From Thermodesulfobacteriota bacterium (GTDB taxonomy: Bacteria > Desulfobacterota > Desulfarculia > JACQYL01), in contig CAXXLZ010000002.1 of the NCBI GenBank assembly GCA_963675595.2, positions 352,001 through 416,000 on the forward strand: a DNA stretch of 64,000 nt. The letters are read 5' to 3'. The position numbers and the translations under genes are program-made. Under the pieces are notes generated by a model that did no database searches, was not told the DNA's origin, and was given only the letters and a program-made list of their open reading frames with translations. This document shows positions 26,216 through 36,848 of this stretch, in pieces (position 1 is the first letter of the stretch; every line of letters starts with the position of its first letter).

Positions 26216-27088
26216 CTAGAGCTGAAGCGCTCCCGGACCTTCTGCAAGAAAACGTTTCCCGTCCTCCATCCCGAGGTTAAAGGCGTCCTCGAGACCTTGG
26301 GGATCGGTGTAGTCCCATTTGCTCACCGTGATGGATCGAGACGGCTGGATGTAGGTTCTTCCGCCATGCCCCCGCAATTTGGCGGCGGGGTAGCGTCGCG
26401 TCAGCAGGATCAAAGCGGGATCGTCTCCCGGGCGCAGGGCTTTGACGGGAACATTGTCCACCAGCCCGCCGTCCAATACCAACGCCCCCCGCCAACGCAT
26501 GGCGGGCAGGACAGGAGGGGTGCAGGAAGAGGCCAGGATCAACCGTACCAGATCGTCCGGCCTCGCGCATTCCGATAGGGAGACCGTCAGCGGTCGGAAA
26601 CCCGCAAGCCCGGGGAGACGAGGGTGGAGAGGTTCGGTGAGATGTTTTTCGATCGTGTAGCAGCCGAAACCGAGAAGCGTCCCGAACAAGGGACCGGACC
26701 AACGCGGAGGAAGCGCCAAGAGGACCCTGAACTCCGGGCCTTGTTGCAGAGCCCGGAAAGTCTCTTCCGTTAACAGATTGCGAAGCCCACGACGGTAGAC
26801 CTCGTAATGAGGAAAAACCCGTCTTCCGCTGCGCAGATTCGAGAAATCGAAATTCCGGGAAATGCCGACCGTAAGGTTCTGTATGAATTCGAGGGCGTCC
26901 CGGTTCTTCCCGGCCAAGATGCCGCAGGCCACCGCTGCGCCTGCGCTCACACCCACGACGACTTCAGGCGGATCGATACTCTCTTTCTCCAAAGCGTACC
27001 AGAAACCCGCCTGCCACAGACATCGGTTCCCTCCTCCGGCGAAAACCAAGGAGTGCAAACCGGACATGAATTCCCTGATGGATGCCAT
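26216..27088 (-). CDS. Patatin-like phospholipase
   Basis: AGGGNRC, GVSAG nucleophile, ASSC, LDGG; start taken as ATG 27088 (27067 possible) to avoid overlapping plsB. Confidence 0.87.
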   Translation of the reverse strand: MASIREFMSGLHSLVFAGGGNRCLWQAGFWYALEKESIDPPEVVVGVSAGAAVACGILAGKNRDALEFIQNLTVGISRNFDFSNLRSGRRVFPHYEVYRRGLRNLLTEETFRALQQGPEFRVLLALPPRWSGPLFGTLLGFGCYTIEKHLTEPLHPRLPGLAGFRPLTVSLSECARPDDLVRLILASSCTPPVLPAMRWRGALVLDGGLVDNVPVKALRPGDDPALILLTRRYPAAKLRGHGGRTYIQPSRSITVSKWDYTDPQGLEDAFNLGMEDGKRFLAEGPGALQL

Positions 27089-27098
27089 TTTTAAATTC

Positions 27099-29753
27099 TC
27101 AGGTACTCCGTTCCTCCTGAGGGTTTCCCCACACCCCGGTGCTGCGGCCGCTCTTTCTCGAGAATTCCCGAAGACGCTTTCCCGCTTCCTTGAGGAACTC
27201 ATGTTCTCCTTGGATGATGAGGCGCTCTTCTCCGGAGGACTGGTCCACCGTGATTAGATTCCATGCCTGCAACTGCTTCAACGCATTCTTGAAACACACC
27301 ATGGACAGCGCGCTCGCGTGTTCGACCTGCGCGCGCTTGAGCCATCGCGTTCCCTTGGACTTGATCTTCCTCAGCAGTTCCCGCTCGGAGTGAGGTTTGT
27401 CGTCCAGTCCGCCGAGCACGAGAAAAACGATCCAGTAGGACTCCACAAAGCCTGCAACCAATTCGGTCCATGACTGCAGCACCCCGACTCCGGATGAAGT
27501 GACCTGCAGTTCCCCTCTCTCTCCCTCTTCGCTCTCGCGAACGAATCCCTTCGAAATGAAGTATTTGGAAATCCGGTCCAACTCCTCTTGAGAGAATCGC
27601 TCCGGAGAAATGATGAACTCCTGCTCCATGACGCTTGCCAGGAACTCCACGTCATCCCTCAGCTCGTCCGAGGAACGGGACAGGTTGGGTGCGGAGAGCA
27701 GGGAAAAGGCCGCGAAGGCGGCGGGAACGAAGTGGTGGACAATGTTGTTCTTATAGTATTCGATACCCAATCTACGGTCGTCTTCGATGTTATAGAAGGG
27801 CGGATCGTCGAAGTCGTCGTCTTCCAATTGTTCCAGGACACCTCGCTCTCTAAGAATCTCCAAAGCCGCTTCCAATGAACCGTCGAGATCATCCAAAGTC
27901 TCTAGAACGGGCGCCTGGAACTCCGTGAGGAAGTCCAGGAGTATGCGGGCCGTGGCCATTACATCGTCTTTCGAGAAGCCCTTTCCCGGCATGGTCAACA
28001 GAACCGAGGCAGCCAGGGAAACCGGCGTCACCAGGGTCACCTCGTTGATCGCATGCATCACCTTGAGGGAAAAATCCTTGAACGCCTCCCTCTTCCGCTC
28101 TTCGCCTTCCAGGGATTCGGGTTCTCGACTCGCGAAATACTCGCCCACGGACATGGGCTGCGCAAATCGAATGTAAACCCTTCCGTAACGACGACGGAGG
28201 AACTTGCGGGCACGCAACATCTGCCAGAGCCCTTCTTTCTTTTTTTCCTTGCCGCCGAGCTCCTTTAAATAATACTGCTCCTCCATGATGTGGTCATAAC
28301 CGATGTGAACCGGCACAAAAACCAGTTCGTCACATTTCCCCGCAAGATAGGTGTTCAAAGTAATGGACAGGAACCCCAGTTTGGGCAAGATCATTTTCCC
28401 GCTTCGGCTCCGTCCTCCTTCAATGAAGAACTCGATGGGATAGCCCTGTCCCAGAAGAGTTTGGACATAATGATTGAACACTTTGGCATACAGGGGTATG
28501 CCCTTGAAGGTCCTTCGAAGGAAGAACGCCCCGGAATTTCTGAACACATGCCCGATGGGCCAGAAGGACAGGTTCTTGCCCGCCGCAACCCTTGGAGTAT
28601 GCAGACTGTGTTTGAAGAGCACATAATTGAGGACCAGATAGTCGACGTGGCTCCGGTGGCAAGGCACGTAGACCAGGGTTCCGTTGCGCGCGGCCTCCCG
28701 TATCCTGACCATACCTTCGGCGTCCACTTCCACATCGTCGAAGATCTTCTTGAAAATGAAAGTTAATACATAGACCCAGATATGGATATAGGTCGCATTG
28801 TAGTTGGCCGCAATCTCATCGAAGTACGCCTTGGCCTTTTTTCGAACCGATTTGACCGAACGGTCCTGCTGAAGGGCGAATTCCTCGATCTCTCCTTTCA
28901 TCTCCGGGTTGTCCAGAACCAGTTCCCGTATTTGCTGCCGGGTCTTCACCAGGGGTCCGAGAACCACCCGTCTTTGGCGATCGATATGGTTCAGCAACTC
29001 GTCGCTCAATTGCCTGCTCAGGCCGCGCATGGTCTCATGATCGGCATCTTCCGGAAGCCGATCCTTAAGGTTGATGAAAGGCCCCACATCGATGAAGGCC
29101 CGCCGATAATAGCGAAGAAAAAGTATAATTTTTCGGATTAGTCCCGGGTTGTCCTTGGACCCGAAGAACAAGTCCGATAAGGAAGGCTCCTGCTTTTCGG
29201 GCTGCAATTCGTAGACAAAGGTCAACGGAACCAGAAAGACGGGCCTGTCCATTTCCTTCTGTACTTCCAGCAGCATGAGCAAAGGGGGATCTGCGAATCG
29301 GAGGTATCTCTCATAAAAGGCCTTCTCATCCACCAGAAACAGCAGGGCCGTGGTCCCTTTCGTGACCTCTTCCCTGAAAAATTTCGCCGCTTCCCATTCG
29401 TCTTTCTTTCCACGCTTGAAAAAGTCGCTCACCGCATGCCTCAAGAATCCCCACAGGGTCTTCAAGGGCCACCAAAGAATCATGTTCACCCCCAGAGAAA
29501 CCCTGGGGAATGGAATTCGGTCTTGGCGAAAGCGGAAATGGTACAGCAGGAAATCCAGTTCCCCGCGGTGCTTGATGATGTAGACAACGGTCCCTTCCCT
29601 CCCCGCCTTCCGTAGCCTCTCCTTGACTTCGGGTCGGTATCTCACCCGCTTAAACAGGCTGTACAGCAGCCGCCCCAAGAAGAAACCTGGTTTAAAATCA
29701 AGCACATACGGATAATACTGGGGCGCGTATTTCTCACGAACATTCTTTTTCAT
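27099..29753 (-). CDS. plsB: Glycerol-3-phosphate acyltransferase PlsB
   Basis: PCHRSHVDY (HxxxxD), AAGKNL, GAFFLRRTF, FFIEGGRSRSGK, YYKNNIVHHF; ATG 29753. Confidence 0.88.
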   Translation of the reverse strand: MKKNVREKYAPQYYPYVLDFKPGFFLGRLLYSLFKRVRYRPEVKERLRKAGREGTVVYIIKHRGELDFLLYHFRFRQDRIPFPRVSLGVNMILWWPLKTLWGFLRHAVSDFFKRGKKDEWEAAKFFREEVTKGTTALLFLVDEKAFYERYLRFADPPLLMLLEVQKEMDRPVFLVPLTFVYELQPEKQEPSLSDLFFGSKDNPGLIRKIILFLRYYRRAFIDVGPFINLKDRLPEDADHETMRGLSRQLSDELLNHIDRQRRVVLGPLVKTRQQIRELVLDNPEMKGEIEEFALQQDRSVKSVRKKAKAYFDEIAANYNATYIHIWVYVLTFIFKKIFDDVEVDAEGMVRIREAARNGTLVYVPCHRSHVDYLVLNYVLFKHSLHTPRVAAGKNLSFWPIGHVFRNSGAFFLRRTFKGIPLYAKVFNHYVQTLLGQGYPIEFFIEGGRSRSGKMILPKLGFLSITLNTYLAGKCDELVFVPVHIGYDHIMEEQYYLKELGGKEKKKEGLWQMLRARKFLRRRYGRVYIRFAQPMSVGEYFASREPESLEGEERKREAFKDFSLKVMHAINEVTLVTPVSLAASVLLTMPGKGFSKDDVMATARILLDFLTEFQAPVLETLDDLDGSLEAALEILRERGVLEQLEDDDFDDPPFYNIEDDRRLGIEYYKNNIVHHFVPAAFAAFSLLSAPNLSRSSDELRDDVEFLASVMEQEFIISPERFSQEELDRISKYFISKGFVRESEEGERGELQVTSSGVGVLQSWTELVAGFVESYWIVFLVLGGLDDKPHSERELLRKIKSKGTRWLKRAQVEHASALSMVCFKNALKQLQAWNLITVDQSSGEERLIIQGEHEFLKEAGKRLREFSRKSGRSTGVWGNPQEERST

Positions 29754-30114
29754 GGCGAGCCGCTTTTTGATGGTGGGGATTTCAGGATTTAATGCGGATA
29801 ACGCAAAACGCCGAATATGGCAAGACCAACATTGCCGATGTCGCACCGGGTCGATTAATCGGATCACGGCCGGAAGGCCCGATGGAAGCGGACCTTCCGG
29901 CATTTGGGCGCGATTGGTGAGACTTGGGTGGCTCTTACTCCTCTGGTCCGACTTTCTTGTTCAAAACTTCGACCAAAGAGCTTGCAGCTTTGTCTTCGTT
30001 CCACTAAAGATAAAATGAAGTGGCGTAATGCATTTCTTACTTTGCACCTTCGTTCCCGTGTCCTACCGGGCAGGGCAGTCGACGCGGGGGCGACACGTAT
30101 CCCGGAGGTGGGCG

Positions 30115-31044
30115 ATGCCGAAGAATTGCCTTTCTGAAGAAAGGACGTTGGAAAGAGATGTTTCCAGAAGAGACTTCATGAAGTATTGCGGGCTGTTGAC
30201 GGCGACGTTGGGCTTGCCGTTGAGTATGACCGAGACAGTTGCCGCAGCCATGGAATCCGCTCGTCCGCCGGTTGTCTGGCTGCCTTTCTCGGAGTGCACC
30301 GGCTGCGCGGAATCATTAATTCGAACCACCTATCCGGGCATCGCGCAACTGGTGCTGGACGTCATTTCCTTGGACTACTGCGAGACCCTCATGGCGGCGG
30401 CGGGCCGACAGGCGGAAGAAGCGCTGATGGAATCCGTGGAGAAGAACAAAGGCAAATTTTTCTGTCTCATCGATGGAGCCATACCGACCAAGGAAGGGTA
30501 CGGTATGATCGGCGGCAAACCCATGCTCGAAATCGCACGCGAAGTCACGAGCAAAGCAGCGGCCGTGATATGCGTCGGCACCTGCTCGTCCTTCGGGGGG
30601 CTCCCGGCCGCCAAGCCCAACCCAAGCGAAGCCAAATCCGTCGGAAAGGCCTTGGGGATATCCACCATCAACTTGCCGGGCTGTCCCCCAAACACGGTGA
30701 ATATTGTAGCGCTGGTGGCCCATGCCGTGGTGTTGGGCAAACTTCCCGAACTCGACGACCTCGGTCGCCCATTATTCGCATATGGACAGACCATCCATGA
30801 CACGTGCCCGAGAAGGGCCAATTATGAAGAAGGCAACTTCGCCCAGGCGTTCGGAGACGAAGGGCACTTGAACGGCTATTGTCTTTACGAACTGGGTTGC
30901 AAGGGACCGGAAACGCACAACAACTGCTCCCGGGTCAAGTTCAACCAGGGGACCAGTTGGCCCATCGGGGCGGGTCATCCCTGTATCGGCTGCAGCGAAC
31001 CGGATTTCTGGGACGAGATGACGCCGTTTTACGTTGCGAGCTGA
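30115..31044 (+). CDS. Periplasmic [NiFe]-hydrogenase small subunit (Tat signal)
   Basis: SRRDFMK, ECTGCAES, GTCSSFGG, PGCPP, HDTCPRR, CLYELGCKGP, HPCIGCSEP; ggagg RBS before ATG 30115. Confidence 0.96.
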   Translation: MPKNCLSEERTLERDVSRRDFMKYCGLLTATLGLPLSMTETVAAAMESARPPVVWLPFSECTGCAESLIRTTYPGIAQLVLDVISLDYCETLMAAAGRQAEEALMESVEKNKGKFFCLIDGAIPTKEGYGMIGGKPMLEIAREVTSKAAAVICVGTCSSFGGLPAAKPNPSEAKSVGKALGISTINLPGCPPNTVNIVALVAHAVVLGKLPELDDLGRPLFAYGQTIHDTCPRRANYEEGNFAQAFGDEGHLNGYCLYELGCKGPETHNNCSRVKFNQGTSWPIGAGHPCIGCSEPDFWDEMTPFYVAS

Positions 31045-31090
31045 TTCCTCTCAGTATACCCAAAACGCTTGCCCGATAGGAGGATGATCC

Positions 31091-32728
31091 ATGTCCCAAA
31101 GAGTGGTGATTGACCCGATTACCCGAATCGAAGGTCATTTAAGAATCGAAGTCGAGATTGAAAACGGCAAAGTGAAAAACGCGTGGAGTTCCGGGACCCT
31201 GTTCCGCGGGATCGAAATGATCCTGAAAGGACGCGACCCGAGAGACGCTTGGCTTTTCACTCAGCGAGCCTGCGGTGTTTGCACCTATGTCCACGGCTTG
31301 GCCAGTGTGCGTTCCGTTGAGGACGCTTTGGGCGTCAAAGCGCCCAACATGGCTCGGTTGTTACGTAACCTGATGCTGGGCGCCCAGTTTCTCCATGATC
31401 ATCCGGTCCATTTCTATGCCCTTCACGCCCTGGACTGGGTGGACGTGGTGAACGCCCTGAAGGCGGATCCCAAACGCACCGCCCGGTTGGCCGCTTCGGT
31501 AAGTTCGGCCGCCGCCTCCGGTGCTCGGGACTTCGAAGTAGTGCAGCAGAAGCTCAAATCTTTCGTAGAAAGCGGACAACTCGGTCCCTTTGCCAACGCC
31601 TATTGGGGCCATTCCGCTTATAATTTGACCCCCGAGGCGGATCTGCTGGCCGCCAAGCATTATCTGGACTGTCTGCAAATGCAGGTGAAGGCGGCCCAAT
31701 TGCACGCCGTGTTCGGCGGCAAGAATCCCCACATACAAAGCTTGACCGTGGGAGGCGTCACCTGCGAGAGAGATCTTTCCATAGACCGGGTGGCCCACTT
31801 TCTGTTCCAGCTCAAGGAAGTGAAAAGTTTCATCGACAACGTCTACGTCCCCGACCTTCTGGCCGTGGCGTCCTTTTACAAGGACTGGGGGGCCATCGGT
31901 GGGAACTCCAACTTCATGGCCTACGGTGAATTTCCACAAACCGACAGCGAACCCGACAGCCTATTCCTTCCCAGAGGGGCCGTTTTTGACCGGAATCTGG
32001 GTAACGTGGTTCCCGTCGACCCGTCCAAGATCACCGAGCACGTCAAACATTCCTGGTACGAGGGGGAAGCGGCACTGCATCCTTCAAAAGGTGAAACCAA
32101 GCCCGACTTCACCCCCTTGAATACCGAAGATCGCTATTCCTGGCTGAAGGCGCCCAGATACGATGGTCATGCCATGGAGGTCGGTCCTTTGGCTCGTGTG
32201 CTCGTTGCTTACGCCAAAGGTCACGAACCGACGAAAAAACTGGTGGACCAAGTGGTCGAAACCCTGGCGATTCCTCCTGCCGCGCTGTTCTCCACTCTCG
32301 GTAGGACCGCGGCTCGGGCCATCAACACCAAGGTCATCGCCGACGCCATGATGGACTGGACTACGGAGCTGATCGAACTGATCAAAAAAGGCGACACGCA
32401 GACCTATCAGGCCTATGAATGGAAAGACGGCACGGGAATGGGCCTCAACGATGTGCCTCGCGGCGCTTTGGGACACTGGATCCAAGTCGAGGACAAGAAA
32501 ATCGGTAATTATCAAATGGTCGTGCCTTCGACCTGGAACCTGGGACCTCGATGTTCGTCGGACATCCTCGGCCCTGTGGAGCAGGCATTGATCGGGACGC
32601 CTGTGGCCGATCCCAAGAAGCCTTTGGAGATTCTGCGCACCGTTCATTCCTTCGATCCCTGTATTGCGTGCGCCGTTCATGTGATCGATCCGCACTCCAA
32701 CGAGGTATACAAGATCAGGGTCATTTAG
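31091..32728 (+). CDS. [NiFe]-hydrogenase large subunit, group 1
   Basis: DPITRIEGHL, L1 RACGVC, L2 SFDPCIACAVH plus cleavable tail. Confidence 0.97.
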   Translation: MSQRVVIDPITRIEGHLRIEVEIENGKVKNAWSSGTLFRGIEMILKGRDPRDAWLFTQRACGVCTYVHGLASVRSVEDALGVKAPNMARLLRNLMLGAQFLHDHPVHFYALHALDWVDVVNALKADPKRTARLAASVSSAAASGARDFEVVQQKLKSFVESGQLGPFANAYWGHSAYNLTPEADLLAAKHYLDCLQMQVKAAQLHAVFGGKNPHIQSLTVGGVTCERDLSIDRVAHFLFQLKEVKSFIDNVYVPDLLAVASFYKDWGAIGGNSNFMAYGEFPQTDSEPDSLFLPRGAVFDRNLGNVVPVDPSKITEHVKHSWYEGEAALHPSKGETKPDFTPLNTEDRYSWLKAPRYDGHAMEVGPLARVLVAYAKGHEPTKKLVDQVVETLAIPPAALFSTLGRTAARAINTKVIADAMMDWTTELIELIKKGDTQTYQAYEWKDGTGMGLNDVPRGALGHWIQVEDKKIGNYQMVVPSTWNLGPRCSSDILGPVEQALIGTPVADPKKPLEILRTVHSFDPCIACAVHVIDPHSNEVYKIRVI

Positions 32729-32803
32729 AACCCGAAGGACTCCGACGGGTCGCAACGTGACTGCCGTTTTCGGGCCACGGCGGCCCGACGCGATGGGAAT
32801 ACG

Positions 32804-33361
32804 ATGACGCACTCCGAAGCCGACACCGTGGTTTTGGGCGTGGGGAACGTCCTCCTCCGAGACGAAGGAGTGGGTGTCCACATGATCCATCGACTACGTC
32901 GGAAATATGAGTTCCCGGAACACGTGGACCTCGTGGACGGTGGTACCCTGGGACTCAATCTCCTTTCCGTGGTGTGCGGTTGCCGCAGGTTGGTGGTGAT
33001 CGACGCCGTTCGCAATGGTGGTGAACCGGGAGAGGTGTTCGTACTCCGATTCGAAGAACTTCCTTTTCATGTTCGGGCGAAAAATTCCCTCCACCAGGTG
33101 GACCTGGTGGAGGCGATCACCTTGGCCGGATTGATCTCCGATCCTCCCGAAACGATCATTGTGGGAATCGAACCTCTGGACACGGAAGGTTGGGGCACCG
33201 AGCTCACGCCACCCGTGATGAATCAGATAACGCTGCTGGAAGAACGAGTCCTCGAGCAACTTAAATTCCTGGGCGTGTGCCCACAGGAAAGATGCGGAAA
33301 TTTTGAAGAAGACTCCCGGAGTTTTCCCTTCGGAGAGGGAAAGCTCCCCGGGACCCCTTAG
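32804..33361 (+). CDS. Hydrogenase maturation protease (HyaD/HybD family)
   Basis: LGVGNVLLRDEGVGVH, VDGGT, IDAV, SLHQ. Confidence 0.95.
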   Translation: MTHSEADTVVLGVGNVLLRDEGVGVHMIHRLRRKYEFPEHVDLVDGGTLGLNLLSVVCGCRRLVVIDAVRNGGEPGEVFVLRFEELPFHVRAKNSLHQVDLVEAITLAGLISDPPETIIVGIEPLDTEGWGTELTPPVMNQITLLEERVLEQLKFLGVCPQERCGNFEEDSRSFPFGEGKLPGTP

Positions 33362-33429
33362 TCCAAGCCCTTTAACCCGGACGAGTGCTCAGATCCCCGG
33401 AGCACCGTCGAAACGGTAAGAACCCTATC

Positions 33430-33657
33430 ATGTGTCTAGCCATACCCGCACAGATTATCTCTCTTGAAAACGACTTCGCCCATGTGGACATGGGCGGCAA
33501 TCAACTCAAAATCTCGACTCTGCTGGTTCAGGACCTTCGAGTTGGAGACTTCGTCATCGTGCACGCGGGCTTCGCCATCCACAAGGTGGACGAACGGGAA
33601 GCGCACGAATCCCTCAAACTCCTGCGCCGGATGGCGTCTTCGTTCGTCGGCGATTGA
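33430..33657 (+). CDS. hypC: Hydrogenase chaperone HypC/HupF
   Basis: MCLAIP start at 33430; VGDFVIVHAGFAI. Confidence 0.95.
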   Translation: MCLAIPAQIISLENDFAHVDMGGNQLKISTLLVQDLRVGDFVIVHAGFAIHKVDEREAHESLKLLRRMASSFVGD

Positions 33658-33690
33658 AGGCATTATCCCGCAACCGGCCCCAACCCGACA

Positions 33691-34674
33691 CTATCCGGAC
33701 GCCGATTTCATTGAACGATGCGATATGCCTGATTCTTTGAATTCCCCTCGCGTCAGCTCGATGAGTGTTACCTCCGGCGGACACATGAACCGTACCGGAA
33801 CGCAGGACGAGCCCGCTCCCGCACTGGTGTACCCCCACATGGAACGGTGACGCCAAACACCCGCGGAAAAACGACGTGGACATCTCGCGTTGACCATAGG
33901 AGCGCCCACCAAGGGAAGGCGGACCTGCCCCGCGTGCGTGTGTCCGCAGAGGTAGCAGCGTACCCCCATATCCGCCGCCTCCCGGTACAGCTCCGGGGAA
34001 TGAGCCAACAGTATTGTGAACGCGTCTTTGGGTACTCCCCTCATGGCCGAAGCCAAATCGTGGCATCCGTAATAGTGGGGATCGTCCACCCCCAGGAACC
34101 AGAGAGACGCATCCTTCCGCCGAAGCTCCCACGATCGGTTCAACAGCACGGTGACGCCAAACCGCTCCAATTCCTCGGTCAGTCTCAAGGTATCGTGGTT
34201 TCCCGGAACAGCCGTGGAACCATGACGGGTTTCAACGGCCGCCAACACCGTTTTCATGCCCTCCACCGCCCCGTCGACGGCCCCCCCGAGCTCGAAACGA
34301 AAGTCACCGGTGAGCACGCAAAGGTCGACGTCGATGCCGGCGACCCGAGACGCGATCACCCGGGGAAGATCGGGCAAACCATCGATATGCAGGTCTGAAA
34401 GTTGGAGAATTCGAAAACCATGAAATGCAGGGGGAAGATCCGGAAATCGGAACACGATGTTGGTAAGTTGAAGATTCAGGGCGTTCCGCTCACCCCGGAT
34501 CCGGAGACCGGTCCAAACCAGAAACAGCTTGATCAATCCGCGAAGGAGTGGAACATTCTCCCAGTGAAGAAATCCCTTGCCCCGTCCCGAACGTATTCTT
34601 GGGGTTATCCTCTCGAGACGCAGCCTTTCCCGGCGCAGCTCATCGGCCCTTCGGTCCGGTGTTCCGATGTTCAT
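33691..34674 (-). CDS. Metallophosphoesterase (YkuE-like)
   Basis: SDLH, TGD, GNHD, AHSP, GHTHAGQ. Confidence 0.9.
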   Translation of the reverse strand: MNIGTPDRRADELRRERLRLERITPRIRSGRGKGFLHWENVPLLRGLIKLFLVWTGLRIRGERNALNLQLTNIVFRFPDLPPAFHGFRILQLSDLHIDGLPDLPRVIASRVAGIDVDLCVLTGDFRFELGGAVDGAVEGMKTVLAAVETRHGSTAVPGNHDTLRLTEELERFGVTVLLNRSWELRRKDASLWFLGVDDPHYYGCHDLASAMRGVPKDAFTILLAHSPELYREAADMGVRCYLCGHTHAGQVRLPLVGAPMVNARCPRRFSAGVWRHRSMWGYTSAGAGSSCVPVRFMCPPEVTLIELTRGEFKESGISHRSMKSASG

Positions 34675-34799
34675 GGTCGGCCCCACCCAAAGAGAGGCGA
34701 AAGCGACGGTCGGCGTCCTTCATTCAGGGAGACTCTGAGTCACTGTGTATCGACGACAAGAGAGAGGAACCACCCTTCTCGAATATTAAGCCTCTCCGT

Positions 34800-35165
34800 T
34801 CAGGAAAGAAGTTCCTTGAGGGCGCCCAGGATCTCGCTCCTTTCAAACGGCTTGGCGAAGGCGTGTTTCACGCCCATGGTCTTGACGATCTGCAAATACT
34901 GGGTGGCCTCGATGAATCCTCCTCCCGATATGGCGATGACTTTGGCATTCGGATACTCTTTCTTGAGTTCCAGAATGGTCTGAATACCTTCTTGCTCCGG
35001 CATGATGATGTCCGTGACCACCACGTCCGCCGGTCGGGTTCGGTACTCCTTCATTCCTTCCTTGCCGTTGGAGGCCTCGACCACCTCATGTCCTTCCCTT
35101 TCAAGCATCTTCCGGAGAAAAGCACGGATGGCCTGTTCGTCGTCAATAATCAAAATGCGAGCCAC
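34800..35165 (-). CDS. Single-domain response regulator (CheY-like)
   Basis: ILIIDDE, VVTDIIMP, ISGG, KPF; GTG 35165 after ggaggag. Confidence 0.92.
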   Translation of the reverse strand: MARILIIDDEQAIRAFLRKMLEREGHEVVEASNGKEGMKEYRTRPADVVVTDIIMPEQEGIQTILELKKEYPNAKVIAISGGGFIEATQYLQIVKTMGVKHAFAKPFERSEILGALKELLS

Positions 35166-35415
35166 TTCTTGCTCCTCCCGGTTCTTTCCACGACTTCCCC
35201 AAACGATTCGGAGAGAGCCGTTCAATGCGATGGATTAGCCAATCCGTCGGCCGGTTTCCACATATCCGAAACGCCCGTCCGACTACGGCACGAATATTGT
35301 ATCGCACCAATTGCGCTTTCGGCAACTTCACCTTTTTGGTCGCCGGAAGGGGCGCACAACGCGCCGCCCCCGAAACTCCGTGGATTCTAACACGCCACGA
35401 TCGATCGCGCTATCG

Positions 35416-35446
35416 TGAAAACCATGAGTCCGACTCATGGTTTTCA
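35416..35446. repeat. Perfect 31-bp palindrome
   Basis: tgaaaaccatgagtc-c-gactcatggttttca (15-1-15). Confidence 0.8.
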
Positions 35447-35753
35447 TGAGAAGAAGAGGAGAATGGGTAGATTTGGGACTCGGTGCTCGTCGGCAAACCC
35501 CGGAGGGTCCGGCGATTGTTGGTCCGATGGACCGAGGCCGCGAACCGGCGACCCATCATAGGCCATGAACGTGGGAACGAACCGAAGGAAGGAAAATATA
35601 GAAAGGGTGATTCCTTCGTCGGGCTGTCGCCAAAGGCAACCCGGGCGTTACGCCGGATCTTTCGGCACTGCGGCCGACTGTGCGTCTTTCCGTATTTTTT
35701 TCAGCGGCTTACATAGCTCGGGTTCCTTTTGGGGGGCACGGAACCACTCGGTA

Positions 35754-36779
35754 TTAAGAGTCTTTCGCTCCGGGACGGTAGCGAATTCCGGTTATCGCTT
35801 CCCGGTCCAGATCGAACAGTGTCACGCTTCGTCCCCCCTGTATCAATCGAACCTTGGAATCTCCGGTAACCCGACCGACTTTGTCGGCCGTCACTCCCTT
35901 CGCCTTGAAGAGATCGAGTACGGTATCCGTGTTTCGAGGAGGCACCGCCAAAACAAACCCGAAACTCTGAAAGCACAGGAGCCAATCGGCAAGAGAAACG
36001 GCATCGGGCCGGGGTATCCGATCGAGATGGATGACGGCCCCTTTTCCGGAATTCTCCATCATCACTGCCGCGGTCCCCAGGATCCCCGCGTTACTCACAT
36101 CTTTGGCCGCCACGGAAAGCTCGCTTTCCGCGATCCGGGGCATGGCGTCAAGCCGGTCCAATATTTGCTCCGAGGTCTTGCCGGAATTGGCATCCCAACT
36201 CACCACGGATCGGCAACCGGGCCGACCGTCCAAATCCACGGCCAGAATCAGATCGTCCCCTTCTTCGGCCAGGTGGCTCCTGAGCACCTTCTTCGCCCAC
36301 CCCAGGATCGCCACACTTAGTGAAGGCTGGTCCTTTGGAGCATCCGGGTGCAGGTGCCCTCCCAACATGGGCACCTTCAACTTCATACATCCCTTGGCGA
36401 TGCCTTCCACAATCCCGGCGAGTTGCTCGTCTTCTCCACAGGCCAAGACATTCACCAGTCCCAAAGGTCGGCCTCCCATGGAATATATGTCGTTCACCGT
36501 CACCATGATCGATGCCTTGCCCGCCGCATAAGGTTCGTGAAGCAGCAGACCGGTCATCATGCCGTCCGCGGCCAGAAGCAAAAACCCGTCCCCCCAAGGG
36601 ATGACCGCAGCGTCGTCCCCGTAGCTCGGGAGTTGCTTTCCATATACCTGTGTACAGGACAATGCCCGCACCACATTTTGAATGGGTCGCTTACGCAGTA
36701 CGCCCTCGTAATTCCTTACCCGCTCAATAATCTCATCGATTTCCGACCGCAACGAATTCTCCTTATTCTTCAGCGGCAA
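35754..36779 (-). CDS. AIR synthase-related protein (sll0787 / NitF / methanogenesis marker 2-like)
   Basis: YGDDAAVI, LLAADG, VTVNDIYSMGGRP, GGHLHP, AKDVSNAGILG, WLLCFQSFGFVL. Confidence 0.85.
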   Translation of the reverse strand: MPLKNKENSLRSEIDEIIERVRNYEGVLRKRPIQNVVRALSCTQVYGKQLPSYGDDAAVIPWGDGFLLLAADGMMTGLLLHEPYAAGKASIMVTVNDIYSMGGRPLGLVNVLACGEDEQLAGIVEGIAKGCMKLKVPMLGGHLHPDAPKDQPSLSVAILGWAKKVLRSHLAEEGDDLILAVDLDGRPGCRSVVSWDANSGKTSEQILDRLDAMPRIAESELSVAAKDVSNAGILGTAAVMMENSGKGAVIHLDRIPRPDAVSLADWLLCFQSFGFVLAVPPRNTDTVLDLFKAKGVTADKVGRVTGDSKVRLIQGGRSVTLFDLDREAITGIRYRPGAKDS

Positions 36780-36848
36780 GAAACAAAGGCGTCCGGAACT
36801 CCGGACCGCCCCTCTCGAGCCTTCTCGAAATCGAAACCTCAGATTGAT

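Noticed and set aside
25837-26280. 147-aa ORF containing RLLKNAICGVALHPSSLRRT
   Set aside because: It is a translation across the MITE-like repeat and overlaps real genes on the opposite strand.
29754-30114. Sigma54 promoter for the hydrogenase operon
   Set aside because: The TGGC-containing candidates lack the required GG-N10-GC spacing.
31091-32728. [NiFeSe] hydrogenase or other selenocysteine read-through
   Set aside because: The L2 motif is DPCIAC with Cys codons. The TGA stops of the HdrD-like genes fall at natural C-termini, and read-through of the AOR-like stop hits another stop within about 17 codons.
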